Below are positions 1 to 14,500 of a stretch of 57,528 nt of DNA, one piece after another. Origin of the DNA: Catajapyx aquilonaris (Eukaryota); NCBI GenBank assembly GCA_000934665.2, contig KZ538628.1, positions 1 through 57,528 of the forward strand, in the 5' to 3' direction. The position numbers were made by a program, and so were the translations under genes. Positions within the stretch are counted from its first letter, which is position 1. Each line of letters opens with the position of its first letter. The notes under the pieces were generated by a model, which worked only from the letters and a program-made list of their open reading frames with translations, searched no databases and had not been told where the DNA came from.

Positions 1-170
1 TGTAGTTGCCCTAACCGCCAAAACCATCAAAGATGGCGGACCCTATTTTTGCCTGTACCCTATTTATACCTCGTTGGATTTGCCCACACTTCAAAATGGC
101 CGCCAGCCTTGGCAACGGCCCCAAACAGAGAGACGTGGACATCAAAGGCGCCGACAGAAGTTTGCGCCCG

Positions 171-246
<76 letters not shown>

Positions 247-314
247 GTTTTATTAACCTGCAAGGCTTTGTGGGCCCTTGTGCAGGGAATACCTTATGTA
301 GTATATGCTCCCTG
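1..314. mobile_element. Right half of foldback MITE family A (ends ...ATGCTCCCTG)
   Basis: Shares the arm AAGATGGCGGACCCTATTTTTGCCTGTACCCTATTTATACCTCGTTGG...CCCAAACAGAGAGACG with copies at 7191, 9062, 23650 and 31993; terminus at 305-314. Confidence 0.85.
169..292 (-). mobile_element. Probable 3' tail of a non-LTR retroelement (stem-loop, AATAAA, (ATT)n) inserted into MITE A
   Basis: Interrupts the MITE consensus GTTTGCGCC|TCTTATGTAG. Minus strand reads CCTGCACAAGGGC-CCACAAA-GCCTTGCAGG TTAATAAAA CT(ATT)n; (TAA)n run at 171-246. Confidence 0.55.
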
Positions 315-2571
315 GCCCGATCATCACACAACAATACGAGTAAACAGTGCCCTTTGGTTGGCACTGTTTTACTCGTACTGTTGAGGTCATTTCCATGGGA
401 AACATGAAAAAGCTAGAGGTTCCTGAACCGCTTGGACTGCTCCACCGCGGGACGCAGGGCTAGAAAAATCCTAGCTTCGCTCGCTTTTTTTTCTAGGCCT
501 GCGTCCTGCGGTGGGACCTGCAGTTCTTTTATTTATTAACGAGACGAACGTGATTGGAAAATTCGGCTGCATTTTTACGAGTTGGCCTCTTCTTCTTCTT
601 CTGGTCCCGATAGCCATCGGTGTCCTGGTCCATTTACAATCCGTCTGCGCCAAAAAAGATTAACACCTGCCTCGTCTTATCTCGGGCCCAATTTCCTTAA
701 TGAGGACTATAAAAGCATCCCATCCAACTTGATCTGTCTTGGCCTCACTCTCTCACGGAGCAAGGACTTGACTGACTTGGCAGCCAATTTCATCCCTCTT
801 TCCTTTTTTTCTGTCGTGTTAAAAGGACGGCCATCTTGGCTCCCCCATCAAGCCTTCCTCTCACTTTGGCCACTTTTATCCTGTCGGGTGTTAATGAGAC
901 CTGGGTTTATATCCGCAGCCCCCCGTTGTCTTAACACGATGCCAGTAACTGCCGCTCAAACTTCTAACCTAAAAAAACGGGCTTTTTTATGGCAGGTTTT
1001 AGCAACTTTTAATACTCTGTTTCGTGTATATTTTTAAGCCGGGTTTTTACTGCCGGAAAAAGGTAAAGCCGCTACCATGTTGACCTTGGACGGAATTCGG
1101 AAACTGTGCGGTATTTTTAATGTGTACTATCAGGGTCAAAAAGATTGTCGTACTGTTCTGCCTCAGATATGAGAAGACCGTAACTCAATGTCCACTTCCC
1201 CTTGCGGCGAGAAAAAAAGCAGTGGTACCAAAAGCACCCAACAGGTGGAGTCGGGATGCCGTTCCTTTTTCCCCCCTTCCCCCAACGCCACCTCTTGGAT
1301 GCTTTCGGCAACACTTGCTTTCTTTTCTCGCCGCAAGGGAAGTGGATATTGAGTTACGGTCCTCTCACATCTGACGGCAGTGTTATGGAGATGTCCGCGA
1401 GTTTTTCTCCCGCCATCAGTGTACTATAGCGACTGGTTGATTTGCATCCACTATTATTGCTGTACCCGCCGTACCCGGTACCGCTGGCAGCATTGGACGA
1501 GGCTCCAGAGTGGCATAAAAGTGCGTGCGTGTGTTGGCCGGCCGTCCATTGCGAAGTCCCTTACTTCCTTTCCTTTTTCCCTTCTTCCTCACAAATTAAT
1601 GAAGGGTTTAGTGTGCCCGGGAGGGTTTCGAGAAAAGAGGAATATAAAAGGGAAAGAAAGGAAAATGTGTGAGATACTGGATGGGGGAGAGGGAGAATCG
1701 CAATTAAAGGACGGGACCCGCATTTTTCCTGGCCGTAATCGGACGCATTAATCCAGTTCCGATTGGCAGGCTTTGGCCACTCATTTCCCCTGGGTATCAT
1801 AAAAGGGAGAAGAAGAGAGTCCTGCTGCCTCCGAGAGAAGTACACAAGAAAGCAAGTGCAGTACACCCTGCAATCTGAAAGAGAGAGAGAGAGAAAAAAG
1901 TGCTCATCCTGGAAGGTTCGCAACCCATCAGCTTCTCTTGAACAACGGGTTGTCTGCTTTCCAGGCTGTTTGATGCTGCATACAATTTTGTTGATCAAAA
2001 GCATCCGGGCAACAACCGTGTGGCACTTGTGGCAGCCTTTAATTAACACTCGTCACTAGCAGCAGGGGTGACTCCCATGATTCCTTCCCCATGCAGGGAA
2101 ACATCCTTAAGTAAATAAGCTCCTCTGCTCGACCAGAATTAGATCCCATCGGAAGTCGATAAATCAATATTATGATACACCCAGTTGTTGGGGGGGCGTC
2201 CACTTGGCCATTGTTGCGAGTGACTGTCTTCGGGAAAACAACAAAGTTGGCAGCGTGGAAATTTATTCCCTATTGCTTGGGCTCTTTGTATTCTGCGAGT
2301 GTCTCTTCTTCTTCTTCTTATTCTTCCTCAGGACTTTACCTGGGAGTAAGTCTGTTCATCTCGGATGGATCCGGATCCAAAGCAGCAACTTACCTATTTT
2401 CGACGACTCCCCCACAAACTTTCTCAATATCCGCTGCATTGCCAAGCAGGAACTACTTTTGGTGTGGGGGGAGCTGGTGTGAATACTGCTGATCGCAATA
2501 ACGCTCCCAAGTTTTTGTGTGCTCGATGCATTGTAATACGACTTATATGCCATTTTCTTTCTTGTCCACAG

Positions 2572-5500
2572 CGGGATTCGTTAGTGCTGGAGCCGACCAA
2601 TGTGGGCAACTGTGTCTCCAAAGGCAAATCCGAGGTGAGTACACTTCTTTGGCTTGTTTGGGGTGCTCGTGCTTGTGCAAGTCATCAACCAGCTGATTGC
2701 AGCTATTGCCATGGGCGATGGTAATTGGCCCATTCGCTGGCTGGCACACGCACCTCACCTCCTCTCGTCGAATAGAGGGGGGAAGTTGGTATAAGGGGGG
2801 GGGGTGAAGGGAAGAATAGCTCTTCGGCATGCGACAGCTATTATGTGGGGGGGCCTCCCTTTTATTTATATTAGCTCGGGAGACACCATCACCCAAAACC
2901 AGCAGCACCCTTTCCANCCCCCCCCCCCCCCCATTAGAATCCCGTCACATCTGTTCTTGACACTCATTGGCCGGACAGCGACGGCTAATAAAAAGGCCAA
3001 TTACTCGGTGGAAGGCGAAAATGTTTCAAAAAAAAAATGTATTCGCACACGACTATAATTTATGCATGGGCGAGGTGCGGACTGCACCGGATACTTAATG
3101 TGATGGAAAGGGCGGTCGGGATTGGAAACTTGAATAAAGCGGCCAATGAGGGAAAAAAACGGCCCATTGTACGCATTTAGGACCATTATTTGCACGTCGA
3201 ATAAGTTCCCATAAAAATAAAGCGACAATCTGTATAATATTAAAATCCTTCGTTGCTGATTGGTCCGCCGCATATTGTTGTCACCGCGACGCTTCCTATT
3301 GGCCAAGTTCTTAGGCATGCGCAATGGGGGGTGTAGGCAGCGCAACATTTACTGTCCGTCATGTGGCGCCGTAGGCCAACGAACGTTATTGTGGCTTTGC
3401 CCACCACGACATAAATTGTCACGGGGGACGAATACGCCGGGGGCGAAATTGTCACACGGGCCAATATGCCGGGGGCGAAAAGTCCGGGAGGCGGCCAAAT
3501 GGCACGACAGTCAGCAAACTGTTCTCGGAGGGCTGTTCGACGGCCACAATATGGCCTGCACCACCGTAAATCGCAGGTCTAGAAAAAAATGCGCGACTAT
3601 AGTCAAATGTTAATCTCCAATTAGGTTAGGCTATGTTATGTTAGGTTAGGAAATGATTGGCGCCACTGTCGTCCGGCTGGTATCACGTGATCTTGCGGTG
3701 TTGCCAAATAGTCTCACATGTCGGAAGCAGGAAATGTTAACGGGTCAATCCTAACAATGATTAGGTGTGCAAATTGTGGGATGAGCTTTGGATGTGTCAG
3801 CACCTTCTCTTACCCTCTCCATGGGCCTTTTTTTTCTTCTCTTATTTTTGGGAGAGGGGAGAGAGGTGCCGTGATTGGGCAGCCCGCTCTTCCTTTCGTG
3901 CCTGGTGCAGGCTTGGCAGCACGGATCATCATGCCTTTGCCCCAGCTCCGACGCCTTATAGCTGCAAATTACACCCTCTCTCTCTCCCCCCCTATGGTAG
4001 AAAAGTGCGTTTGCCACCCCTCCTTCCATTGCTGCCAATCGATTCGGAGGGGGAATGAAAAGTTGGATGCCTTCTCTTCTCCTCTCTTTTTTTCCCCCCT
4101 CCCTGTTTCATGGGGGGGGATTCTATAGTGTTATCCACTCTCCCCTGTGTCGATAATCACCTGCAAGCTGCATGTAGCACATCAGAGATAGGGAAGCAGC
4201 CACACATTTATGACGTCTTTTCAGTGCACATTTTTTGTGTGCAAACTGCCGTCTTTTGCATGGCAGACTCTTGCCCGTATCTTTTCTCAACACACTGTGT
4301 TCAATACATTGTTGCCAACGAGCCTGCAATTTCTTGTTCTCTTAACGAGTCGGCAATATTTCCGAGGATTTTTTTTAAAAAGTCGGCGACAATCGGCACA
4401 TCTCCCGAGGATGACTTTAATGGCCTATAAAAAGGGGGCCTCCCTCGATGCCAGCTCCCCGAAGTCCAACCCTTTTTTTTATATATATACTGCGTTGGAT
4501 ACCACTCGGTGCGTGGCTACAGATGGGGGAACGGAGGGCTTTAAATCTTATTGACTACATAGTTGCTCGGATGGGGATTTAATATGTTGTAGCAATTATC
4601 GCCGGCTGGACCTGCTGGGCCATTAAAACAGGTTTTACAGCCCCTATCAGTCATATACGACACACACATTGCAGTAACAATTTTTATTTCCCAATGCGCT
4701 TGGGAAAATTTTTGTTCTCTCCGTGTGCGTGTCGTTTTTCTCGTGTCTTTTGGCCCCCAATAAACTGAAGACTTTGGGGTCGAAACTCCAGCCTGAATAT
4801 GGATGGTAAATGTGTATTTTTGCTCGGGCTTTGCCTCCCCTGATCATATTTATTTCCGGGCAAGTTGGGAGGTGGGGAAAAAAATCGTTTGCTTTAGTTG
4901 ATGGTTTACATGGAGTGCGGGTAATATTGACGTGTAATTTGGTTCCAGGGTTGACATTATTTCTATGGGACCTGCGGTTTTATCATGCCATATCAATCTC
5001 TGCTAATTCAGCTCCGCATGTTATGGATCGGTTACCCCCTTTTTTGTACATTCACGTACAGTATATTTGAAAGCCTACAGTTAAAAAAAAAATGTACTGC
5101 CGGTATAACATTTTCGTGGTCTGGATGGAGCTAGTTGATGGTTTTAAATTTCGTAATTTCCATCCCCCTCAAAAAAAAGAATCGTGCTTTATATGTGTAT
5201 GCCACATACTTGGTTTCTATCCCACAAGTTATTTCTAACCGCGAGTAAGGTTACTGCAGTATCAATGTTTCAAGCCGTGGCTGTAAGGCCTCTGCTTGAA
5301 ATTCATGACGTCAACTTCTCGGGCTTTTTATCGGGAGGGCTCGGTTTTATGTTATCAAAAAGTCATGGAGAGAAAGGTCCATTCCTATAGCTGCTGCGTC
5401 GCCACACACACAAAAAAAAATACTGAGAGAGAACGCTATATGATGAGCCGCAAAAATTACATGGAACAAACTAATTATTTTTGTGCTCCAGGAATTTTAT

Positions 5501-8500
5501 TAGTTATTTATTTTCCTGCTGGCACCTCCTGCTGCTTTGGCGTCCCCTTATTTATCTTTCCCAGAGAGAGAGAGAAGCTGCGAAAAGACAAAAGCCAGGA
5601 GCCTGGGCGACATTGGCAATTCGCCGAAATGCCAAAGTCCTCTAGCTCTCCCTTCCTAAACTTTTGTGTTCAGACTGCGAACACTGCATGCAGTAGTTGG
5701 GAAATGAAAATAGATGGCCTCATAGGATCGTAGATTCGCGGTGTTTATATCCCCCCCCCCCCTCCTCTTCTCTGCATGGCTGAGGATGACTTATGAATAT
5801 GATTGCGGTGAAGTACGAGCAGCCAGCAGACGAAGCTCTCTCTCTCAGTAAGACTCTTAATTATGGAAAATAATTTTCGGGGAGTAATTTCTCAGCGGCG
5901 GGAGGTCAGCTTCGCAAATGATGCTCACCAAGTAGCTTCTGTCGCCTGTCTGGTTTTGGCGGTATCCTGCCCCAATTTGACTGGGTGTGGCTGCAATAAA
6001 TGGTTGGGATTGTGGCCGTTGCCTAAACACGCCATTTCTCTCCCCAAACTGACTGCAAACAAACCTCCTCATTTTATCCTTTTGATGGACACTGCTGTCT
6101 AAACACATCAGAAAACGAGACACCCCCTGATGTAAAAATCAAAAAAATGGTGTGAAAACAAGGCCCATTGTTGCCCCCCGGTTCAGGCAATCATTGGATA
6201 TACCGAGACCTAGGTTGATTAGAGAGCTATTAACCGGTGCCTGATTAAGAGTGGGGCAGGGATATATCAATGAGTAAATATGCAGTACTTGGGTCAATAT
6301 TTGTCTGACTGCCGCCCACCGGTAATTATTGCCCGGAGCAGGAAGTGGTGCCTGGGGGGGCCAAAACGACCTATTTTTTAAAAAATATATATTTTTGGGG
6401 GATGATGTATCGTATATGATGGCATGAAAAGTTTTGTAGGCGGCGGCAGCCATCCGCATTTCCATTATCCTCTTCAGCATACATGGGGATTCAAGAGTAG
6501 TGAGGTCGAGGAGTGAAGGCTAAAAAAGTTTTCCAATTCACATAAAACGGAAGGCTTTTTAGAGAGACGAGCCTGATGCGGAACTTGGAGGAATTTTATA
6601 GCCGGATTAAGCCCCCATAATTCTCCCCTTTATTTACGATGGTAATATTTTTTGGGTGGGGGGGTCCCGCGCGTGTGTGTTTCTCTGGCTGCTGGGTGTG
6701 TGTTTGGAAACTGTCTGAATATTATGAACCAAGTTACTTCTCTAAAATGCTAGGGGGAGCACAAGTGGGAATTCATGGCAGAGGTTCGCTCTCGGATCAA
6801 AAAAAAAAAAAAAAAAAAAAGATGGTCAAAGGCAATATCCTGGCATCGTGCCCGTCCTCCATACATTTTCCTTTTTGGAAGCCTTTCAATGAGTTTCCAT
6901 CATGCGCAGGAGGAGTCGTCCTCTCTCTCTTTTTTTTCCTTCTCCTTCTCCAGTTCTGCAAATGGCTCTGTGTCTGGTTGGACTGTCATCTTTCCAAAAG
7001 GTTGTCACCGAAAAGTTTTGAGGCTCCATACCCTGTACCGGCCGCCTCCAGCCCTGTTCAATTACTCATTACGAGACAAACTTTTCAGGGGGGGGGCGAC
7101 GCTTGATTGACGTGGCAGTCATTAAATTTTAATGAATTTATTATATGACTGAGAGGCCGGATTAGTGCCACTTACAGCACAACACTGGACCAGGGAGCAT
7201 ATACAGGGTGGACCAACTTCAAGTGTCGTTTTATAACGGCGATTAATAGCAGTGATTTTGCGATGACGTAGCAGCGACGTGTAAAATGTCCCACTTCGGC
7301 CAAGCTTCGGCGCCATCGAACACGTCGCTGCTACGTCAATATAAAGCGCTTCTATTAATAGCCGTTATAAAACGACACTTGAAGTTGGTCCACCCTGTAT
7401 ACTACATAAGAGGCGCAAACATTCGATTTCCGCGTCTCTCTGTTTGGGGGGGTTGCCAAGGCTGGCGGCCATCTTGAAGTGTGGGCAACGCCAACGAGGT
7501 ATAAATATGGTACAGGCAAAAATAGGGTCCGCCATCTTTGATTCGGGCGTGTTCTTGCCGTGTAGTTACCATGGCCGCCGCCTATTTTTGCCTGTACCCT
7601 ATTTATACCTTGTTGGCGTTCCCCACACTTCAAAATGGCCGCCAGCCTTGGCAACGGCCTCAAACAGAGAGACGCGAACATCAAAGGCCTCTTATGTATA
7701 GTATATGCTCCCTGACTGGACCGGCCAGGCACTCGACGTCAAAATCAACAAACATAATATAATATTGGACAGGGTGTCTCACAAGGGCTAGAAATGCTTC
7801 TGAAACCTATGGGTGGCCCCTAAAAGTTTGTCCAAATCGTTATGAGACACATCCTCTCGTAATGGAGCATGCGCGCGATTATAATATTATTTGTGCGTGC
7901 GCTATATTCGCGACATATATGCATCTGACCCCCAGCCGGCTTCGGGTTCCTTTGATAACTCATGCAAACGGCGTGAGATACGCGAGATGGGTATCAGTTG
8001 AGGGTAAAGTGGGGGGGGGGGGTCCTCTAATTGGGCTTTGGGAAGCCCTCCCCCGCATCATATATAGCACACGTGTTGTGCAGCTATATGATATGGGGAG
8101 TATGTTAGTATAGGGGGAGAGCTAGAGTTCTAAAAAGATGGGCGCTTGGCTCTCTCTAACAGGGCTTAAATTACCTGGCTGGATGAAGTTAAGGGCACGC
8201 ACTGCGGCAAAACATGGTATCACTTCATCGAAGTTACAAACACCAGGGGACTTCATTTGTGAAGGAAAAAAAAATGTCGGAAAGAAACAGGAGAATATGT
8301 CCTATTGGGATGGATCCACCGCCACATTTAACCCTGTCAGTTTAAAAATGTGTTAACGACCAAAAAAATGACAGAATCTAGCAAACGACCCCATTTACCC
8401 CCCTTTTCAATTATTGAAAGGCGACGGAAGTTTGCTGTCGAGTATCAGTCACACACAAAAAATGGCGTGAATGTTTGCGGAAATCAAAAGATGGTGACAT

Positions 8501-11500
8501 TTTCTCCCCCCAGCCGTCTCATCCGACCCAATAGCCAAAGAAATCACGGTCGGATGGCGTTATCTTTGGCCTGCGAAAACTGGCTGTATGAATAAATTAT
8601 TGCTCTAATGGCGGGCCATTACTGTCGCATTAGCTCCACTGCGCCGGAGTCAACTAGGCGGAAAATGTCTCGTCCTTATAAATCTTTAACTCCTAAAATG
8701 TCCTTTAAAAAAAAGACAAAAAAAACCTCTCCCCTTCTTCCTTTTTTTTTTTTGAATAAGAGGAAACATTGGGAGGGGGTTATCCCCCTCCTTAAAAAGA
8801 TGCTTCTTTTTTCACGGGTTAATTATTCCGAAAAGGACGCCGCCGCCTGGATGGATTGTCTGGAAAATGCTGGATACAAGGCTCATTTACTCCAGGTCCC
8901 AAAAGGTTCTTTTGGTTTCTGCTTTACTCTGGAAAAGGTGGAGAATCTAAATGGATGTGTCACCATATCACCAGCTATGAAAAGTCACGCACGTGCGATT
9001 CTCGGCTGATCTTTCCTATACGCGACGAAGTGGAAAAGCCACAATAACGTCACCTCATCGCCGGGGAGCATATACTACATAAGAGGCGCAAACATTCGAT
9101 TTCCGCGGGGGCCGTTGCCAAGACTGGCGGCCATTTTGAAGTGTGGGCAACGCCAACGAGGTATAAATAGGGTACAGGCAAAAATAGGGTCCGCCATCTT
9201 TGATTCGCGCGTGTTCTTGCCGTGTAGTTGCCATGGCCGCCACTGGCGCCACAACCTTTTGCCTGTACCCTATTTATACCTCGTTGGCGTTACCCACACT
9301 TCAAAATGGCCGCCAGCCTTGAAAACGGCCCCAAACAGAGAGACGCGAACATCAAAGGCGCCTCTTATGTAGTATATGCTTCCTGTCGTCGCGTAGTAAA
9401 GATCAGCCGTGAATCGCACGTGTGTGTGTGTGTGACTTTTCATTGTTGGTGATGGTGACACATCCATTACACAACAGTTGCTTCAACTCTCTCGCATTAT
9501 TTGCCATTTGCCTCCCCCCCTCTTCCAGCACATACCACTATCCGATCGGAGCTCTGTATTTATGGTGTAGGCATCAGTATAGGAGGGGAGGTAGCGGTAA
9601 TGAGCGCAACATATTGTATGCGATGGATGTAATATCCATGTTGGGAAATAATGCATGGCGCCCCCGGTCTGCTTTTTCATCCCCGCACGACTCTTTAGCC
9701 CCCCCACATACACTGTACACACACACACACGTGCTGGACGTGAGCTCATTTATCAGCCGACCAATTGCTTCGCATTTATTATCCATATATACTTTTCTGG
9801 ACGTATTTCTAGGTGACTAACCCCCTCGTTCAAATTGGGGGCGCAAGATATATATTTCTTACAGCTTTTGCACTTAGGGTGAAATTAGGAGCAGGGGCTA
9901 TCTCTCAAATTGCATCGATTGTTGGGTATGATTTGGGCCCAAATTGTTGGGAAGCAGGTCAGCAATTGGGATGTCTTTAGGCCGGAATCGATGACTTTTT
10001 TCCCCTCTTTTCCCCTCCGGATATTGTACCTAGTGTGTAAACAAGTACATATCGATTGCTGAGCAGGGGGGGGGGGGGGNNNNNNNTTCCCCCCCCCCCC
10101 CCAAAAAAAAAATCATGTTTGTCCATCCAGACGTGTAACTTACCGCCTAGTTTTCCGCCGGCAAAATCAGGCACACTGTGCTAATTGCGAGGAAACTAGA
10201 AATGCAGGTGATATGCGCTGCAAGTGCAATGAAATCATGCGGCCAGAATTTAGCACCGAAACTTTTTGGATATTTTTTCTATATATAAAAATGTTGTACC
10301 TGTTGCACATTTCCACTTGTGACACGGTCTCTTATATAGTGCGACACGACCCATGTTTGGTTGAGAAGGTTTATAATTGGCACGTCGTCTGGGGGTGTGT
10401 GTAGAGAGTCTGGTTGGGTGGAACCTCATTTCACGTGCAATTTGGGCCCCAAAATGTAGGCGCCCCCCTTTTGACTGCCATCTGCAGACTCCGGACCCTA
10501 TTTTCCGGGTATGAATCGAGCAAGGGTAGGCAACCCGCGGGGACAGATTGCCACTCAAATGACGTGTGTCACAACCTTTTCTCCGCCAACGTGTCGAGAT
10601 TTTTTTTTTTTTGTAAGCAGATTGGTCTCCAGACGCGTTCAAAGGACTAAACACATTTTTAGTAAGGAAAAAAAGACGGCTTTTACTGCTACATACACAG
10701 GGTGGTCCCAAAATAAAATGAAAGTTTTCCCTGGAAAAAAAAATAGGAAAGCGTAAGTGTCATTAGTTGAGTTGTTCCGACCACACTGATCAGCCTGGGA
10801 ATTAGCCGTCGGTAATTGCATTGTTTAGTGCACTTGTGTGCATGCATATTGCATTGTCTCGTTCAATTGAGGGAGAATTACATGTTGCACTGGGAGGGGG
10901 TGGTGTTGGATGGGGGGGGGGNGGAGGGGGGCTTATACAATGTTGCATTTATCCGCTCGAGTTATTGTGTGTGCAAGGCTAACCTGGCACACAGAATTCG
11001 CCATTTGTCTCCCACTTGATTCATTAAATGTGATCCGTCATGTGGAAACATTATCCCTTCCTATTATAACCCCATTTTTTTGTAGGGAGGGGTCGGGGGG
11101 GTGTTATTATTGCTCCAACCTGGGGAAAAAGGTCACTTCCAAGTCTGGTGATTTGCCAGAGCACAATAGCTCTCCATCCCCACCCACCCAAAAAAACGGG
11201 CTGTAAATGTGCTCCTGCCCCCCTGAAATAGGTGGGATTAATTTCCAAATTAGCGACTATAGGAAATCTAACCCCCTCACTTTGTAAGTATGCGGTACAT
11301 GTGCACACACAGGATGGCCCGAGGAAATGTCTGAGTCAGATGAAGTGCACCAGATTGTACAGAGAGAGAAATTTTTGGAGCTCTTGCTGCTTGCTTGGGA
11401 AAGAGACGAGTCGGGTTTAGGCCATTGTGCAAGTCATTTCCATTAACCCTCTTCGTTGCGGTCAACTCGAGAAGGCTGCAGCTGCAGGGGACCACACTCT

Positions 11501-14500
11501 TCTCTCATCTCGTCCTATACACACTGTGCTGGCTGCAGGAATTTACATCTAAGCAGCCATGATTTCACTGGTGGAAAAAATAAATCAACGAGCCCATGGG
11601 TTAGAGTAAATTGAACAGTCAATCCAGGTAGAGCATTGTCATTGTTAGCAGCATGCGGTGCTTGGAATAAGAGCAGCGGGGAGTTAGGAAAAGTGACGGG
11701 GGTTTGACCGGTTTATCAAGTCCCCGAGATTCCAACTCAATTTGGAGAGATTAGGGGGACAGGACGCTGGCAGCAAGGGAAATGAGTGGGGGTTGAATCG
11801 ATGTGACTTGAGTGGCAGACACACACCTTGAAAAGGGGAACAATCCATGTTCTTTAAAGGATGTCGTCTCATTAGTAATTCGGACCAAAGGGTTATTCCG
11901 CAGGCTTCACTTGCTGCAATTGCACCGAAATTTAAAAAAAGACACGAGCCGGATCGGTTGGCAAAAGCGTTAGAAAGCGAACACGAGGGTTAATCAGAGG
12001 CCCCTGTGAATATTTGATGTCCGGGTATGGTTCAGGGCGTGTGATCGTCGGTGCATCCTGGTTTCCGCCTCTAATGAGCGGAGTCTCGACACTGTGGCCA
12101 CTAAAGGTCTAAATAAAGCCTTTGCCTTGCTTTCTACCTGCCACCTTCCCCCCCCCCCCCAAAAAAAAACCTCTCCAGCAGCGTCTCCTCCTATAGAGAA
12201 GTCAGGACCAACTCTCGAGCTGCTGATTTATTCATCGAGGAAACCACCTCTGCGGATCTATTATTCAATGGCGATTGCTGGTTGCATCTGAAATTCCTTT
12301 GTGGGAATACACTAGAACTATATTCGCCACCGATGCAAAATGTATTCCCCCAACGCCCTTTGCAGAATGGCAAAAGGCAAGTCATGCTTGGGGAGGAACT
12401 TACCACACCTGCCTTTCCCCCCACAAAAATTAGACTATATAACGATTGCTGCTAAAAGGAATTGATATTCGACACATCGTGGAGATTATAGACAAAAATT
12501 ATATAAGGTGAAGTGGGGTAAGTGCATACACGGGGTAAGTGCATACACGGGGCCGCCATATTGGAATGAAAATGGCTGACGACACCAAAACATGTCAGGC
12601 ACTCTTTTGTGTAGCTGCACATCACATCCCCACAAGATGTCAGCCATTTTCATTCCAATATGGCGGCCAGTTTATGCACTTACCCCGTGTATGCACTTAC
12701 CCCACTTCACCTTACATAAAAAGAGAAGTGCAGATAAACTTATTCAAATCATTAGAATTTGAATAGAAGTCATCCATCAGGATGGCTGTTTGGAGACTTC
12801 TGCATTGTTGATGCTGCTGCGACTCTCCGGTGTGAACGTTTCAATTACCCTTTTTTTCGGACCAAGTCCCCCTTCCTCCAAGTCCAGCAAGTGTCCGTCA
12901 GGGAGGCGGTTTAATCCGACAGTCCTCTTAAATGTTGGATCATTCCATTTCCCTCAGGTTTTGTCCCCCCCCTCTCCCCAAAATAAAACCTTTCTTTTTC
13001 TCTCACTCTTATTTTTAACCAGTGGCATCAAGCTTGTGGTTAGAAAGGGGGGGTGTCAACCGAGGCAACTTGTCTGTCAGTCTGTCCATCCACTCTGCTG
13101 ACACCATCTCAACCCTGCTAGAAAAAGGCATGAAACATGTATCGAGAGAGAGAGAGGCGACCCCCCCTAGAAAAGACTTTGCCTACATGTTTTCCCCTAG
13201 AATAGTAATGGGCCCTGGAGAATTAAGCTGTGGAACAGTCTCCAGCAGTTCGAGCAATAAGCCGTTAGTAACAACCAAGCTTTGCAATTAGTACTCGCGT
13301 TTTATGTCCAAAAATTAAAGCCAATTGGCGGAGTTCTCCTTTTTTAAAAAAAAGGGAGTCTGGATGATGGGACACGAATAGCCAGGACATTTTCATGCTG
13401 GCCGGGGATTCATTCAACGCCCAGGAAAGGAAATTGGTTTCGTGGCCGGATCATCTCGCAGCCTGCATGGCTTCAGGGCATGGGAAGAATAAGGAAGAAA
13501 AAAAAGCATTCAGCCTTTGACCTTGTCTCCAGCCTGGCGGATAATAAGAGAAGGGGGGGCTGGCTGCATGGAATAGTTTTTCCCCCCTCTTCCATTGAAC
13601 GAGGATCAGAGGTCGATACCAAATTCCTTTTCAACAAGAAAATTGATTATCGGCCCACAACTATAATTTTCGTCTCCTGCTTTTGTTGTCCTTATAAAAA
13701 CCAATCCGGCTGATGACGACATCTAGAGATCGCTCCAAACTTATATGCCAGATGGTTACGAACTGCCATGCTCCATAAAAAAATCCGTGGGCTTAAAGTT
13801 AAGACAAATATTCAACAGACAGACGGTACGTGTGAGAGAGACAGAGTTTGGAAGGTAGTTGCCCCTGTAATGTATTCAACGTCGACTGCTGTTGTCTACT
13901 ATACCCGATCCCTAAGCTTTATTTCCTGGCCCCTTTTTTTCACTAGAGTGTCGCAAACTTTTGATTGTCGGTCGTTAAACGTCGCTTGCTCCCGGATTTT
14001 TTTTTTTACAACCGGATTTTTCATCCTTTGGTAGCGACGTCACCAGGGGCTGACTCCCTGCAACAGACACAGCAACAAAGTGTCAGACGCACAACGACTT
14101 TATTTTTTTAAAGCGGGAACAGATTAGCGTCTCAGATTCCCTTCCCTCTTTTCCCCCTTATCTTAATTAACTTCTCCAATTTAGTTATCTGTTGCGAGAG
14201 GCGAATGTTTAATAGGCAGGGCGGTTTTCATACTAGGGGAATGCTCAGAGTAGGGGTGTGTTATAAGAAGGGGTCACACGCTCCGATGGATTAGCCTATT
14301 ATTGTGCCAAGGAGGGAGAGATGGGTCTCCATCAAAAATTAGGGGGTTGCGCTAATTAATATTTCCTAGGGCCTGCTGCATTTTCCTGACTTTGTTTGGT
14401 ATGTTCCAGCACTACGACTGCCGGAACCACATCCGAGTGATACAGCCAATGGGAGAGGGTAACCGGCTGTATGTATGTGGTACCAACGCGCACAACCCGA

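Noticed and set aside
11..407. Poly-N/I/L ORFs
   Set aside because: Translations of the (TAA)n run and MITE arm; not coding.
3620..3650. TTAGG repeats resembling arthropod telomere
   Set aside because: Only a few degenerate units inside an intronic repeat; not an array.
7355..7762. Recurrent ORFs such as MADPIFACTLFIPRW / LAAILKCGQRQRGINRVQAKIG (also 9115, 23643, 31938)
   Set aside because: Translations of the palindromic MITE A on both strands; no transposase motifs.
10065..10102. G-run/N/C-run junctions (also N at 2917, 10922, 17129, 47493)
   Set aside because: Assembly gaps at homopolymers; technical.
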